A DNA stretch of 59,964 nucleotides, taken from the NCBI GenBank assembly GCA_000934665.2, contig KZ538599.1:1-59964 (forward strand), in the 5' to 3' direction. The position numbers were made by a program, and so were the translations under genes. Below the pieces are notes generated by a model. It was not told the DNA's origin, ran no database searches, and was given only the letters and a program-made list of their open reading frames with translations. The DNA comes from Catajapyx aquilonaris (taxonomy: Eukaryota). Shown one piece after another: positions 38,977-50,902 of this stretch (the stretch's first letter is position 1; every line of letters starts with the position of its first letter).

Positions 38977-41900
38977 GTTCACGATTAAAGTGATGTTTTC
39001 TGTCCTTGGACCATTTTCGGCATACACGATCCTTCGCTTCCACATATTATTTCTTTCCGAGAAAATTGATAGGGACCCTCTGAACCCCGTAATAACTCTC
39101 AACGCATGCCTTTTTTTTGTCAAGGTCTCCGGAGTATCTCAAGTCGTGATGAATTATTTAAAGCTAGCACTTTTCGAAGATAATTCAAAGTGCGTGCAAA
39201 CATAGTCAAAAACGTAGATACACAACCGCGACTCACAGGTCAAACTATCAAATATATTGCATGAAATATCCATCTACAAGGTCGCACATTGGCCATAACC
39301 AGCCATGCCCATCCTTTTCTGCTGTGATAACATGCTTACATTCTTTCGCAATGAAATAGTGTCAGTTCGGCAAACGAAAACACCTACAGTACAATCGGAC
39401 TTTGTAAGAATAACAACGAGTAAAATATTTGCACTGCCCACTATTGGGTTACTCGGGCTCACTTGCAATATCTGCTGAACATAGACAGCTGTTTTGTAAT
39501 AATACAGACTGTGTATGTTACTTCCCCATCATGAAAGTATTATTACACGCCCAACAGTCAACAACGATGTTTTCCCATCTTTTTTTTCCGGGTGACAAGG
39601 AATGCCAAGTACACAATAATTATTTAACAACAACTGAGTGATGCATTAAATGATTCAGAAAAATTTATAGAGCGGAATGTGCGTCGCGTAGGTCAAGGAA
39701 GACATCTTTGGCGGAAGGCTATAAGCTTAATGTCCCAATTGTGTGCACTAGGACGGTACACACTGACAAATCAACACTGAACCATGACATATCAAGGATT
39801 ACGGACCTGTTAGCCTTTCTTTCCTTTTGAGGACTTCTGATCAGGCCGTCCGCGCTATTCACGCAAAAAAAAGTACGCGGATAACATTTAGGTACCTAGA
39901 CAAAACTATTACAAGGTAAATTATTGTTTTGAGAAGTCGCTTTTTTTACACAGTAGGGGTAAAGACCGATTTTCATGATGCGTGACTTGAAGGGAGTTGA
40001 GGGAATGTCATCAAGACTGAAAAGTAGAATAGCATCGCCACATACTATTGTCATCCATGTTCATATATGGCACATCGCAAACCGAAATGCATGTTTGTGG
40101 GAGGAGGCGAAAGAGATGGCATCTCACTTCAACTCGAGTATTTTCCTCCTTGCCGGTTATGCAATGGTGAAAGTGGTCATGGGGATGTTGAGACGTGCTA
40201 AAAATACAGCGCCGATTGCGTATTCAATCGGCTATTTGATCGGTTAACTTGACAAGGAATATTTGCGAGGGAATAAATCTTTTTCTCTGAATGTTCCAGG
40301 CTCATTACGAACCCAAAGCCAGCTTAGCTTTTACAAGTTTGGTTAGAAGAAGTAAACTTTGAGAATATTGAGATAGGCAGAGTTTCTCAGTGAGGCACAT
40401 TTGAAAGTTTTAAAGCCATTTACTAAACGAACAATTCAATAGTTAAGCTAATATACATGCTCGCATATAATTATACAGTATAATGTCACACTCTCTTTCT
40501 TATATGCCCTCACTGCATTTTAAACTCTCTACCAATGCTGTACTACACGTAATAGTAAATTATTTTAAAAACAACTTAAAGAACCTAATCTAAAACCAGG
40601 TCTCAGTAGGTTCAGCGAACTAAAACAGACTGGAAACCGCCCACTACCAGTCCATTGTGAGTGCATTGATCAAAACTTTGATAGTGACGGAGGCGAACAC
40701 TATAAGTATATAGGTGTCTACGTATGTATACATATTTCCATTCACTATTTAAAATCCCAGTTTACAATACAGTGCATTCACCTTTCCATTCCACTGACTG
40801 AGTCTCGATCGTCACTAGGTTCAGATAAAACTTGACTCACAAATGGTGAAGATTATAGTTTTTAAAGTGGAACGCAGCTGGTAACGTGATCATTGGCTAC
40901 ATGAGAGAAGGCAATGAATAGAAGGTTCTATGGTGTAGCAAGAAAAAAAAAACACATTCAGAAAAAGTGATTGCATGGCTCGACTGGAATTGGCAGCAAC
41001 AAGTCAAAGGGTCAGAGAGATTTCCTTTTCCAAGCACTAGGCCTAATAATCCCGTAACTAACGAGCTTTTGCAAGTGAAATCAACCTGTAATTACTGCAA
41101 CGTAATGCCTCCTCTTTTGGGTCCTCCCAGCTAATTCGTGCCACATTATTCAGGTTGCCAACATGATTATCGCTTCAGGGCTATCACATTATTTTAAGAG
41201 CCTTTGAACATAGTCTTCAAATGAATATGTTTACATTGCCATATTAAACCGGAATTGCTGCGAGTTAACATTTAATGTGACCCTCATCTTAAATAATTTC
41301 TAGGACGGAGGCAGGCTTATAAAACAAGTTCATTGTTCCGGTCATGGTATTTACTGCTGCAACGTGTCGAAAGTCAGATGCAATGATGAGTCTTGCATAA
41401 CTTACTCGTTAGTTCAACATAAAACCTGGAAACTAAGTTGCACGGCGCCATTGAAAAAAAAAACCTTTCTGTCAAGTTGTGATTAGGGCGTGAAATTCGC
41501 CATGACCATAAAAAAGCCCGTAGACCGAGGATCTTGAATCACGAGCTAACTTGATGTGCTGGCTGTGTGTAGTCCATTCAAGGCGGCTGCCCATGCTATG
41601 GGAGTTTCAAGCCTTCACTTCACAGAATGCGGAAAATAAGGAAGTGGCCTGGCCACATTATGTGCCTTCCACAACTGCCATTTTTTATTCAACAATTTTT
41701 TTTTGTATCCTCTCATGATGCATGGGAATAGAACTGACATTGATGTTTGGGTATGAGAATGGCCTTTCCAAAATTAAAATGTTAATCATTACCTTCCAGA
41801 TGGGCGGCGAATGGTATAAAAATAAATATTGGGCGTCTCAATTGTTAGGTTGGAAGAAAAACATCAGTAAGGTCCGGTTTTATTGTTCCTTTCCAGCCTA

Positions 41901-44863
41901 AAAAGGTTTTATGGCTGTGGTGCAATAAGACCTTAGTGAGGTTTGACCATTGTTGACCTTCAGTCACAAATCGATTGTGTTCTTTGTTCATGGTCAGAAG
42001 GTCCGTGAACTAGACACTGGTCTAGTTCTAGTTGTGATAGTTTGAGGTTCATTTTTAACAAGGGGGATGATACCTTCCCAGTGCTTTTTCGTTTCCATTC
42101 TCACCTCAAGACCTTATCGCCAGCCAACATACTGACCTGCATTTATTGTGGGTCACACGCTGCTACCTCCCTCAATACTACCCATCGACCCCTTTCAAAA
42201 GCCGCTTTCGTTATTATCGCCTACCTCTTGCTGCCTTCTCACATCACCTAATACTTTTTTTCTGGCATCTTCATCGGAATGTTAATTACACCAGTCATTC
42301 AAATCTCAACCTATTGCAACGTCAGGGTTAGTGAGTACATGCAATTATTAAATAGGAGGGTAAACGAGTACCTTTGATGCTTTAGGCACTTCTATGCAAT
42401 CCTTTGAACTTGAGTATTCACAAAATAGTGCGGGCCAATGAAAGTAGTGCAGGGGTGTTTATGTTGACAAAGTTACAAGTGATATGTGAGAAAGAGAACG
42501 GGTTTAAGACAGAAATAATAACCCAAAAATTTAATTAATAAAAAGAATGATCCCATGCTAAAATAGGTATAGTCGACTCACTGTGCACTATGAACTTCAA
42601 AAGATAATATCTGCAGAGGTCATTAGTGAGTATGCTCGCTCACGAATTAGTCACGAAGCAAAGGTATAGGCTAAAGCACAAGGTTTTTGTACAATCCGTT
42701 CGAACGTGAAGGCAAACTAACAAGCATATAAAACACACTTATATTATTCAACAGGGTGGCATAATCACGTTTCAACCGCGGGGAAGTCGCATGATTCTGT
42801 CCACCTCACGTGTCATTTTGTCACTTTATGGAGAGTCATAATGGCATGTACACCATGTGAAATGTTGAATGCAAGGCCAAAAAAGTACACTTTCACTCCC
42901 TGAAAATAATCGCGCTGACATTTTTTTTTCCACCCTCTTTACGTCTCGGATATTCACACATATAAGTTCTTCAGCACTTACATCCTTAACAGCAGTCGTA
43001 AAAGCAGGAAAAACTGCACCCATCACGACCTTTTTATCTGCCATTTTTCTCCTCTTGCACTTGCATGAGACAACAGGTTTAGCCCTATCCAGAAAGATGC
43101 TCTCATTCTGAAGCACTCGTCCCTTTCACCTCATGGGCTGATGACCCTGGACCTACCTTCCTATTCCTATATTTCACGTTTAGAGACATTGGTGCTCTAT
43201 GACTGGTGAGTTAATAATAGAGTCAGTGGTATGAATGCCCAAAACTCTCTAACTTGGCTACTGATCAGTGTGACCACAAGTTAAATATGTCACAAACCCA
43301 GAATAATTAATATTTAATTTCGAAACATTTGACCATATATATAATGTCATTACTTTTAAACAGTCATCAAATTGTGGCCATTACTGCCTCAATGCAGATT
43401 ATCTAGTGCCCCAAATTAATCCGGCCTCTATGTCTATACCATATGCTCGTGTCTACGAGAGAGGTATATGAAAATGATTTATTAACGTCGTAAAGGTCAG
43501 CTCACAGAGTTGTGCCCACGGAAAGAATGCGGGGAAATTGAGATGAAGAAATAGGTTGCCATTAAGGGCGGTGGAGGGTGAAGTATAAAAGAAACTTTTT
43601 TTGTGTGTTTCGTGGTGTCATAGGATGCAACGTCTAGAAAGAGCATTCATATAAGGCCACCTTATGTCACGCCTGCAAAATTCTTTAACCTAACTCTTGC
43701 TTTTTGCGCTCTCTTAATATTTGCGGCGTCTCGGAATGGGTTCTTGAGAAAGTACAGTATGGTAAAAGGAAGTAAGTCTACTATACACACACCAGTGTTT
43801 TCAAGTGATTCCAAGTGATTAATGCACTCATGGCCGTATAGTGTAAATATTGTATCCCATTCGAATATGCAGATTTTCCTCTCATCAAATACTGGAAGCA
43901 AGTGACTACTCGTGTATAAAAGAACATACGACACAATAAACGTTTGATGAGTAACATTAATTACCTTCAATTCGGTAGCAAAAAATGGGTTGATCCAACC
44001 TCTAAACGTGTGTGTTCAGAGAAAATAACACATTAGGAGGGCTATAAACACCCGTTCTGGAATCGATAAGTAAGTGTGTTGGCTAGAAACAAGTGGGATG
44101 AGCAAGGTTATTTTACTGGTTTAGTGGTTTTATTAACTAGTTCTACTGGTATTATTTGGCAGCTTTTGATAACGGTTAGTCTGCTAGTTTCAAAGGAAAG
44201 GACATGGTGTGAAAAATAAGTTTTGTGTGTTTATATCCGGGGTAAATCATTATTCCAAGTCTATAATCCAAAGGGGGCAATTTGGGGAGAAATAAAAAGG
44301 CTCCTTACCGATAACTACTTGTATTACGAAACCTGTTTGAGAGAAATAAAATTAAGATGTCACTCTGAAAAACTTATAAAAACTACAGGCAGTGAATGCA
44401 AGTCTGCACAATATTTTGTCACGATATACCAGATAAACAAAAATAATGAACTATTACTAGGACTTGCAAAACATTTAGAGCACTAAGGAAATAATTTCAT
44501 AAAAATGATGCAATATTATGTTTTTCCGCATTCTTGGTTTAAAAATTAAAGTCACTCAACTCTTGCTAATATTGGCCTCCCATGTAATTGTAGCCCAGTT
44601 TGACGAGTTTGACCTCTTGACAAGTGGTCTTTTCAGGAAGCTTTTTTATCCCGGCACTTGAATTTTGGAGCCAGATTGATGTGAGGTTGGGCCCACTATA
44701 ATCTTGACTATACGGTACTCAAGATGCTCCAACAATCGCATTCTTGTATCCTGCTCTTTTTCACGCCCATATAGATGACAGGTCTCTTCCTCCTTTCCAC
44801 TCGGTCACCTTGAGAAACGCATCAACGCCCTTATCTTACCGGAAGTATAACACTACCAGTTCT

Positions 44864-44891
<28 letters not shown>
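44864..44891. repeat. (AG)n microsatellite
   Basis: Direct reading. Confidence 0.95.
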
Positions 44892-44895
<4 letters not shown>

Positions 44896-47583
44896 AATGA
44901 CCTAGGGGCACAATAGGATGATCTGCATTGATCACATGGTCTTCAAGGCCAATAGTGCGAAAAAAAGGCAATCTTCCCACAACAAAGGATTACAGATGTT
45001 GACCAGTGATTTACGGTTGTTGTGTTATATCCGGCATTTGAAGCATTGGCCTAGAGGTTATCAGCGAGGTTATGCAATTATTTGTGGGAGTCAGTTATTG
45101 AACATTATTACTGTGGGCACGCAAGGTGCATATTAGTATAGGTTTTTCAATCATTTCAGACAATTTGCGACTTCGGGGATCGTCACGATGAGTATAGTAA
45201 TAACAAGGTTGTTGAAAGTAATAAGGCCAATTTGGAAACTTCTCGCCTGCTTTGAATAACTTCTGGCACTAAATGGGGATATGGTTACATGTCGTCACTC
45301 CAGTCACTGACACGGATCTAATTTTAGGTGACATTTGAATGGACGGTGAAACCAAGTAGAAATATAGTAACAGGACCATCAAAAGGTAATGCTTTTTAAT
45401 TAATTAATTATGGTTAATTATTAAAGAGAATAAATTAATTTCCCATATATTTGAAATGTTGTCCTATTTAACTCATCTGTTCAAATCAGTTCGGAATGGA
45501 ACAGCCGCCACTATGTAAAAGATACAGGAATTGCAATGAATGGCGAATTAATGAAATTGTGACGAATTAAAGCCGACTGGGGTTGAATTGAATGAATTTA
45601 CGACCTCGTTTTGCTGGAAACCAACCCCGTCGTAAAACGGGGACTACCTGCATTGGGTTCGACTTGGTTACCTCAGTCACAGATAGTTAATCGTGTTATC
45701 AATTTTAAAAAGATGTCCATGAATATATTGAAAAAAGTGAAGATAATTGGTGGTAAATTCTCGATAATTTTAAACAAGACTGTTGGTAAGCCAAAAGAAA
45801 AGGCAGATTCTGGGACTGCATCAATGGGTGGAATTTTCGACGTACTACTATGTAGTTACTTTTAACTTAGCAGTACCATTGCAATACACTGGTACTGCTA
45901 TTAAAGTTAAAAGTAACTAGAAGTACGACGAAAATTCCACACAATGTTTTTATCCTTGTGCTGAATATTAATTTTTTACTAGAAATTTCCAACCATGGCA
46001 AGTGCAGGCTAAAATAATTATGGCAACCAGTTCCATATATCCGTTTCATGCTAAGTTGCATTTTTCATCTTGCCTTTGACCTTGCTCTTTCTAGCGGAAC
46101 TTGCCATGCCAAACACCTCACCGAAAAAAAATAATCTGTTGATTATTATGAATGTGCCATTGTGTACTTATGTAAAAAAATGAGTAATTTCTGCTATCAC
46201 CTCTCTCCTAAATTACGTAGGGGCATTTCATGAAGTCTCCATCGAGTTGGCAATGGCACATCTATTATTCCTCGTAGGGTCCCACAATTCAAGGCCCTCT
46301 TCAAGTAAGCCGAGCGTATGTATACTGCTGAAAAGAAGAGGCAAAAGTTATTGCATAAGAGCCCTGGAATCAAGGACGACAGAGAAAGGGAACGACAATA
46401 TATACACGGCGATTGAGTTTCCTCCCCTCACGCGAATCGCCCAATATTGCGAAAAAGCACTTTTTGAACTTTCAGGACGATCAAATAGAGCGTCTTTGTC
46501 GCTGACTAATGAGTACATAATTATGAATCTATATATTTCGTTATTTACAGATTAAATGGTTTGACCCACATGTAATGGGTAAATGACCTCTGTGGTTGTG
46601 TTTATACATCAAATACCAGTTCTTTCTTGCAGAACAAATGCTGGGGTTCTTGCAACTTGAAACATGTAATTTGTTACACTAACTAGCTAGCGTTAATTAA
46701 AAGAGGTCTTGATGAATCTACACAGGGTCTATACTTCCTGTGACAGATTTTGAACTCTGAATACCAGTCGAGTTAATCTACTATTATCTTGATTATTATT
46801 TACCAAAGTATTTAGGGCAAATGAATAATGAATGCGAAATGTAATGTTTCCTCACAAAATCTGGAGCACTATATTCCATAATTATGCAAAATAATATGCA
46901 AATTTAAAGGTTTTTTTTGCAAGGTGATGGCACTAACTAGAGTATAGGATTTAGCAAACATATCTTCACATCGTGATCTCCATGGGTTGCGTGATATATT
47001 TTCATTCAAATCATTATCCTTGAAGCATCTTAGTTGACATTTAGATTGTCTGCAACTGTGACATTCACGACATCACCTTTGCTATTAGCCTCCCTTGCAA
47101 ACACTCTTTCAGACGACCTCTGGTTCCTGTAAAAGGATATTTTTTGTGGGAAAGTTTCTGATATCGGATGAACCTCGCACGATCCAGTTGACGACCTATT
47201 TTTCCCAAATTCCTTTGATCTATACACTCGGGTCAATTTAACGCAACATTGATCAAAGATGGTGCGAACAGCTGAGGTTAAACAACTTTTACTTTTTTTC
47301 TCCAGCATCTGCAACCAGCTTCAACTAAATCTGGTCCTAATCAGGAGAAATGTCGTGAGAACTTGTCGTGATATCAGCTCGTCGTTTATCGTGTCAGTGC
47401 ATGATGTAAATCAGCTTTTCTAATGTATATAGTTCGATGTGAATTCCAGATTTTTCTTTCCTGAGGTCAGTTTAGGCTGAATTGTATCCGTTGAAATCTT
47501 CGTGCGTGTCTGCTGTGAAAGAAGGGCAACTTCAGATGTTTTCACATTTTGTAAAATAATATGGCGAAAATGTATGTGCTGAG

Positions 47584-47655
47584 GTTCCCGTAGCTTAATT
47601 GGCAAAGCGACACTCATATAGTGTGTAGACCCAGGTTCGAATCCTGGCGGGGGCG
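47584..47655 (+). pseudogene. tRNA-like sequence (tRNA pseudogene or isolated SINE head)
   Basis: Acceptor stem GTTCCCG/CGGGGGC, D arm GCTT/AAGC, T arm CCAGG-TTCGAAT-CCTGG; anticodon arm non-canonical (5-nt loop, or A at position 33 plus a T:T pair). Confidence 0.7.
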
Positions 47656-49137
47656 TTGCACATTACTATATAGAGCCATATTTATCTAGTTAAACACTTT
47701 TTGAACCTGAATATTTTGTTATTACGATATAATATAGGTTTCTGAGCTAATTACTTTCCGGTTGATATCATATGAATTGATCATCTCTTGACATTGCATA
47801 CCAAACAGGTAAATGTCTACATTGAGCTTTCAACGATGCATATGTTGCATCATATCAGATATATATAACTTTTCTGCGATTTTTCGCGCGAGCTCATGGA
47901 CACACCTTTCTGATATTAACATTAAAAGGCAGATTCCACTCATATCCTTAAATGCGACCCACTTCGGACAACTCACCGAGATAACTCTGTGGGTTGTTCG
48001 GAGTGGGTTGCATTCGTATTAAGGTGGTAGGTGAGTTTCACGATTTTTTCCTCCACTAGAGTTCATCAGTTTGTGTTACTGTTTAACAATATTGGTAATA
48101 ATATAACATTACCAGTGGACGGCCTACCGTTGAGGGGTAGGCAGTAGTGTACATACAGTACATTACTAATGAACTCTGCTATAATGTCACAGAGGAGCAA
48201 AGAATTACATTAAACTGCGACTGGTCGTGAAAGGTAGTCGTCCTTTGAATGGACTCGACTAGCGAAGCGTTCACCCCGGTTCAAGCAAAAAGCACAGGAA
48301 GCTCTAAACCTATACCACCCAGGGATTATTCTGACAGGTAATGTTTTTGTCGACTGAACGACACTCACTGAAAATTTACGTGCACAAATGCAAATCACTT
48401 GGTCTTTAAAGCAAACACTGAACTCGTGACATAGCACGTCGTTTATGTACACGTAATCAATATTTTTTATGATCCAGCCGGGGTGTGAAAGCCCCTTGTC
48501 CTAACGAAACTTCACAGTTTCTAAGAATGAATGTGCTGTGTTAGAAATAATGAAGCCTGTCGGTGTAATTCACATAAGGGACTGTAAGAGTTATCTGAAA
48601 GCAACGTATATTTTTTCAATCCGAGTTTGTCATGGGCATCTCATGGTATATATGATCGATGAAAAATTGTGCACAGGAGAGTATTTACATAAGATTTTGT
48701 CAGGTTATTCATCTGAACTCAGACTCGTTAGAGTTACGTTAAGGTTGCATAAAAATGAATTGTAACACACTAAGACTAATAAGTACAAAGGTATTGTTCA
48801 CTACACACTGCCACGACAGCACATTTTCGCAAACATTTAAAAAAGACATCAGCAACGTTAAGTCATAGTAATACTTGTATATACTTAGCATTCGTACAAT
48901 GATTGCACTTGCCGCTGTGCAAATATTTGAAGGATGGGGCTGCAGTGTCCGTGACTTAGTGAGTCTACCCTGAGTTTCACGGTCTTGAAGGATAATAGGC
49001 CTGCCATTGGAGATGGATTTTTTCTTTCTTTCTCCAAGGCGGTTTTTATGTCTAGAAAATGTCTGTAATGCGATTAAATCAAAATGAAGGTCACTATTCG
49101 GTAGGCTGGCATACAGTTAGAAACGAACGCACGAAAC

Positions 49138-49212
<75 letters not shown>
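49138..49212. repeat. (AAT)n microsatellite
   Basis: Direct reading. Confidence 0.95.
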
Positions 49213-49541
49213 GTGGGGAGACGGAGTGGCGCCGTGGTAACGCGCGCGCCCACGGAAGTTAAGGTCCCGGGTTCAATCCCCACCCGGGGTTCCCACCTTC
49301 TTTCGTGCAGAGTTGGGCCATCTCTGGCTTCGTTTCGGGTGGCAATTTCCGATAGACTAAGCCACCCGGGGGAGTTCACAAAATGACGATTAGAGACATT
49401 GCACTTGCACTTTGCACATCCCCTCCCACCCACCCTTGGAGTACACTAATAAGATTCTATCTTAACTCGCTCCAACGAAAACCCCAATGGTGGTAATCCA
49501 CCCCCCCTAAGGAATAGGTAACTCCCCCCGTGGGGTAATGC
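49213..49541 (+). mobile_element. tRNA-derived SINE (family B, related to family A) flanked by (AAT)n
   Basis: Head gtggcgccgtggtaacg...aaggtcccgggttcaatccc; shares tgcacttgcac and ggtggtaatccaccccc...ggggta blocks with the SINEs at 21.9 and 25.3 kb. Confidence 0.85.
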
Positions 49542-49542
49542 A

Positions 49543-49615
<73 letters not shown>

Positions 49616-49629
49616 TTTATTGTTGTTGT

Positions 49630-49697
<68 letters not shown>
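49542..49697. repeat. Compound microsatellite (AAT)n-(TTG)n-(GGT)n-(AGT)n
   Basis: Direct reading. Confidence 0.93.
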
Positions 49698-49698
<1 letters not shown>

Positions 49699-49789
49699 GC
49701 TAGTATAGTACTGACCTCTGATGAGGTATTGCAGGGACATTTTTTAAGGTCGTATATTTAATACATTTTGGAGCCTTTTGACGGAACTC

Positions 49790-50065
49790 ACAGAGGGGAC
49801 TCACTCGCAGGGTGACTGCGAGGGGAGGTGCAGATGTCGGTCTCGGTCATTTGTGTGTTCCCGTGGGTGGTTAGTGAAGCGGAAATCCCATCCATGACGA
49901 AGCCGGAGATGACCCGACTCTGTGCGAGATTAAGCGGGGAAAGACCCCGGCTTGGGATAGAACCCAGGTCCTTCTCATCGTCAATCCGCCTCCCCAAGAA
50001 TACTCAAGCATGTGACTTCTGCATTACAAGTGAGCCGTGTAGGCGTTCGGCCACCAACCGACACA
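49790..50065 (-). mobile_element. Probable SINE of a third family
   Basis: Minus strand gtcggttggtggccgaacg (A-box-like) and gggttctatcccaagccgggg (B-box-like) in a GC-rich block. Confidence 0.5.
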
Positions 50066-50543
50066 GTTGTTGAAAAAAAAATGAAAATCCATGAAGGCCA
50101 AAGGAAGGCTCTCAATTGCCCGTTTTTCTTCCTTTTCCCATCTTCTCACGCAGAGAAACGCAGTGCGTGTGCATAGATGACCTTATGGCCTATCCTTGGC
50201 CATCGTGGGTTTTAACTCACGATCTGCATTTTATGGAATGATTCCACAAGGACGCAAGACTATCTCCCAGTGCTTGGCACACCTTTCTTCTTAAAAAAAG
50301 ACATCAATAAGGGATGAGCTGATGCAACCTTGACTATAATTCTGAGCGCATTTTTTGGAGATTTTGTGTTCAACATGTGAGCTGTGGATGAGCCCATCAG
50401 TAAACCTTGGGATCGACCTCCATGGAGTAGGGCGCGCAATGTCTACATGAATAACGAATTCGTTTCAGAAAGTACTGTGTGTGCAAAACGTAACCTAGAT
50501 CACGTGTGTTCTATTCCCTCATAAGATATTTCGTCCACATTGA

Positions 50544-50902
50544 TGCAAGGTGGATCGAAAAGCGGTTACGGGATTGTGTTCATAAAAACATTTATATTTA
50601 CTTCAAGTCCTAATTTCCACTGCCACCTTCAAAGTAGTCACCTTGGGCACGTATACAACAATCCCAGAGAATTTAATTCAAATCCTTTGCTCCCTAACAT
50701 CAGCCATTTCGAAAAAGCGCAGAAACACCAGAACACGGTGTCAAGATAATTGCCGAAACTCGGAAACATGTGCACCTATGAAGACAATATTTTTCACACT
50801 AATAGCCGAAAGGTGCACCTAGCGCCCCCTAGAGTCACAAGTTCGTACCTCCAATGGTTTGCAAGGTATATTCAAAATTCCGGAACTTCTCGATCGCACA
50901 TA
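50544..50902 (-). mobile_element. Internally deleted mariner (both ends kept, ~360 bp), same family as 11865-12255
   Basis: 50669-50902 aligns with 12028-12255; the minus strand of ~50610-50657 encodes CIRAQGDYFEGGSGN* (mariner C-terminus); degenerate TIRs at both ends. Confidence 0.85.

Noticed and set aside
47030..47560. Possible decayed coding or LINE fragment on the minus strand
   Set aside because: No recognisable motif in any frame I read; cannot be supported without a search.
49059..49740. ORFs with poly-Ile, poly-Tyr and poly-Leu runs (also poly-Val at 24999-25214)
   Set aside because: Translations of trinucleotide microsatellites.
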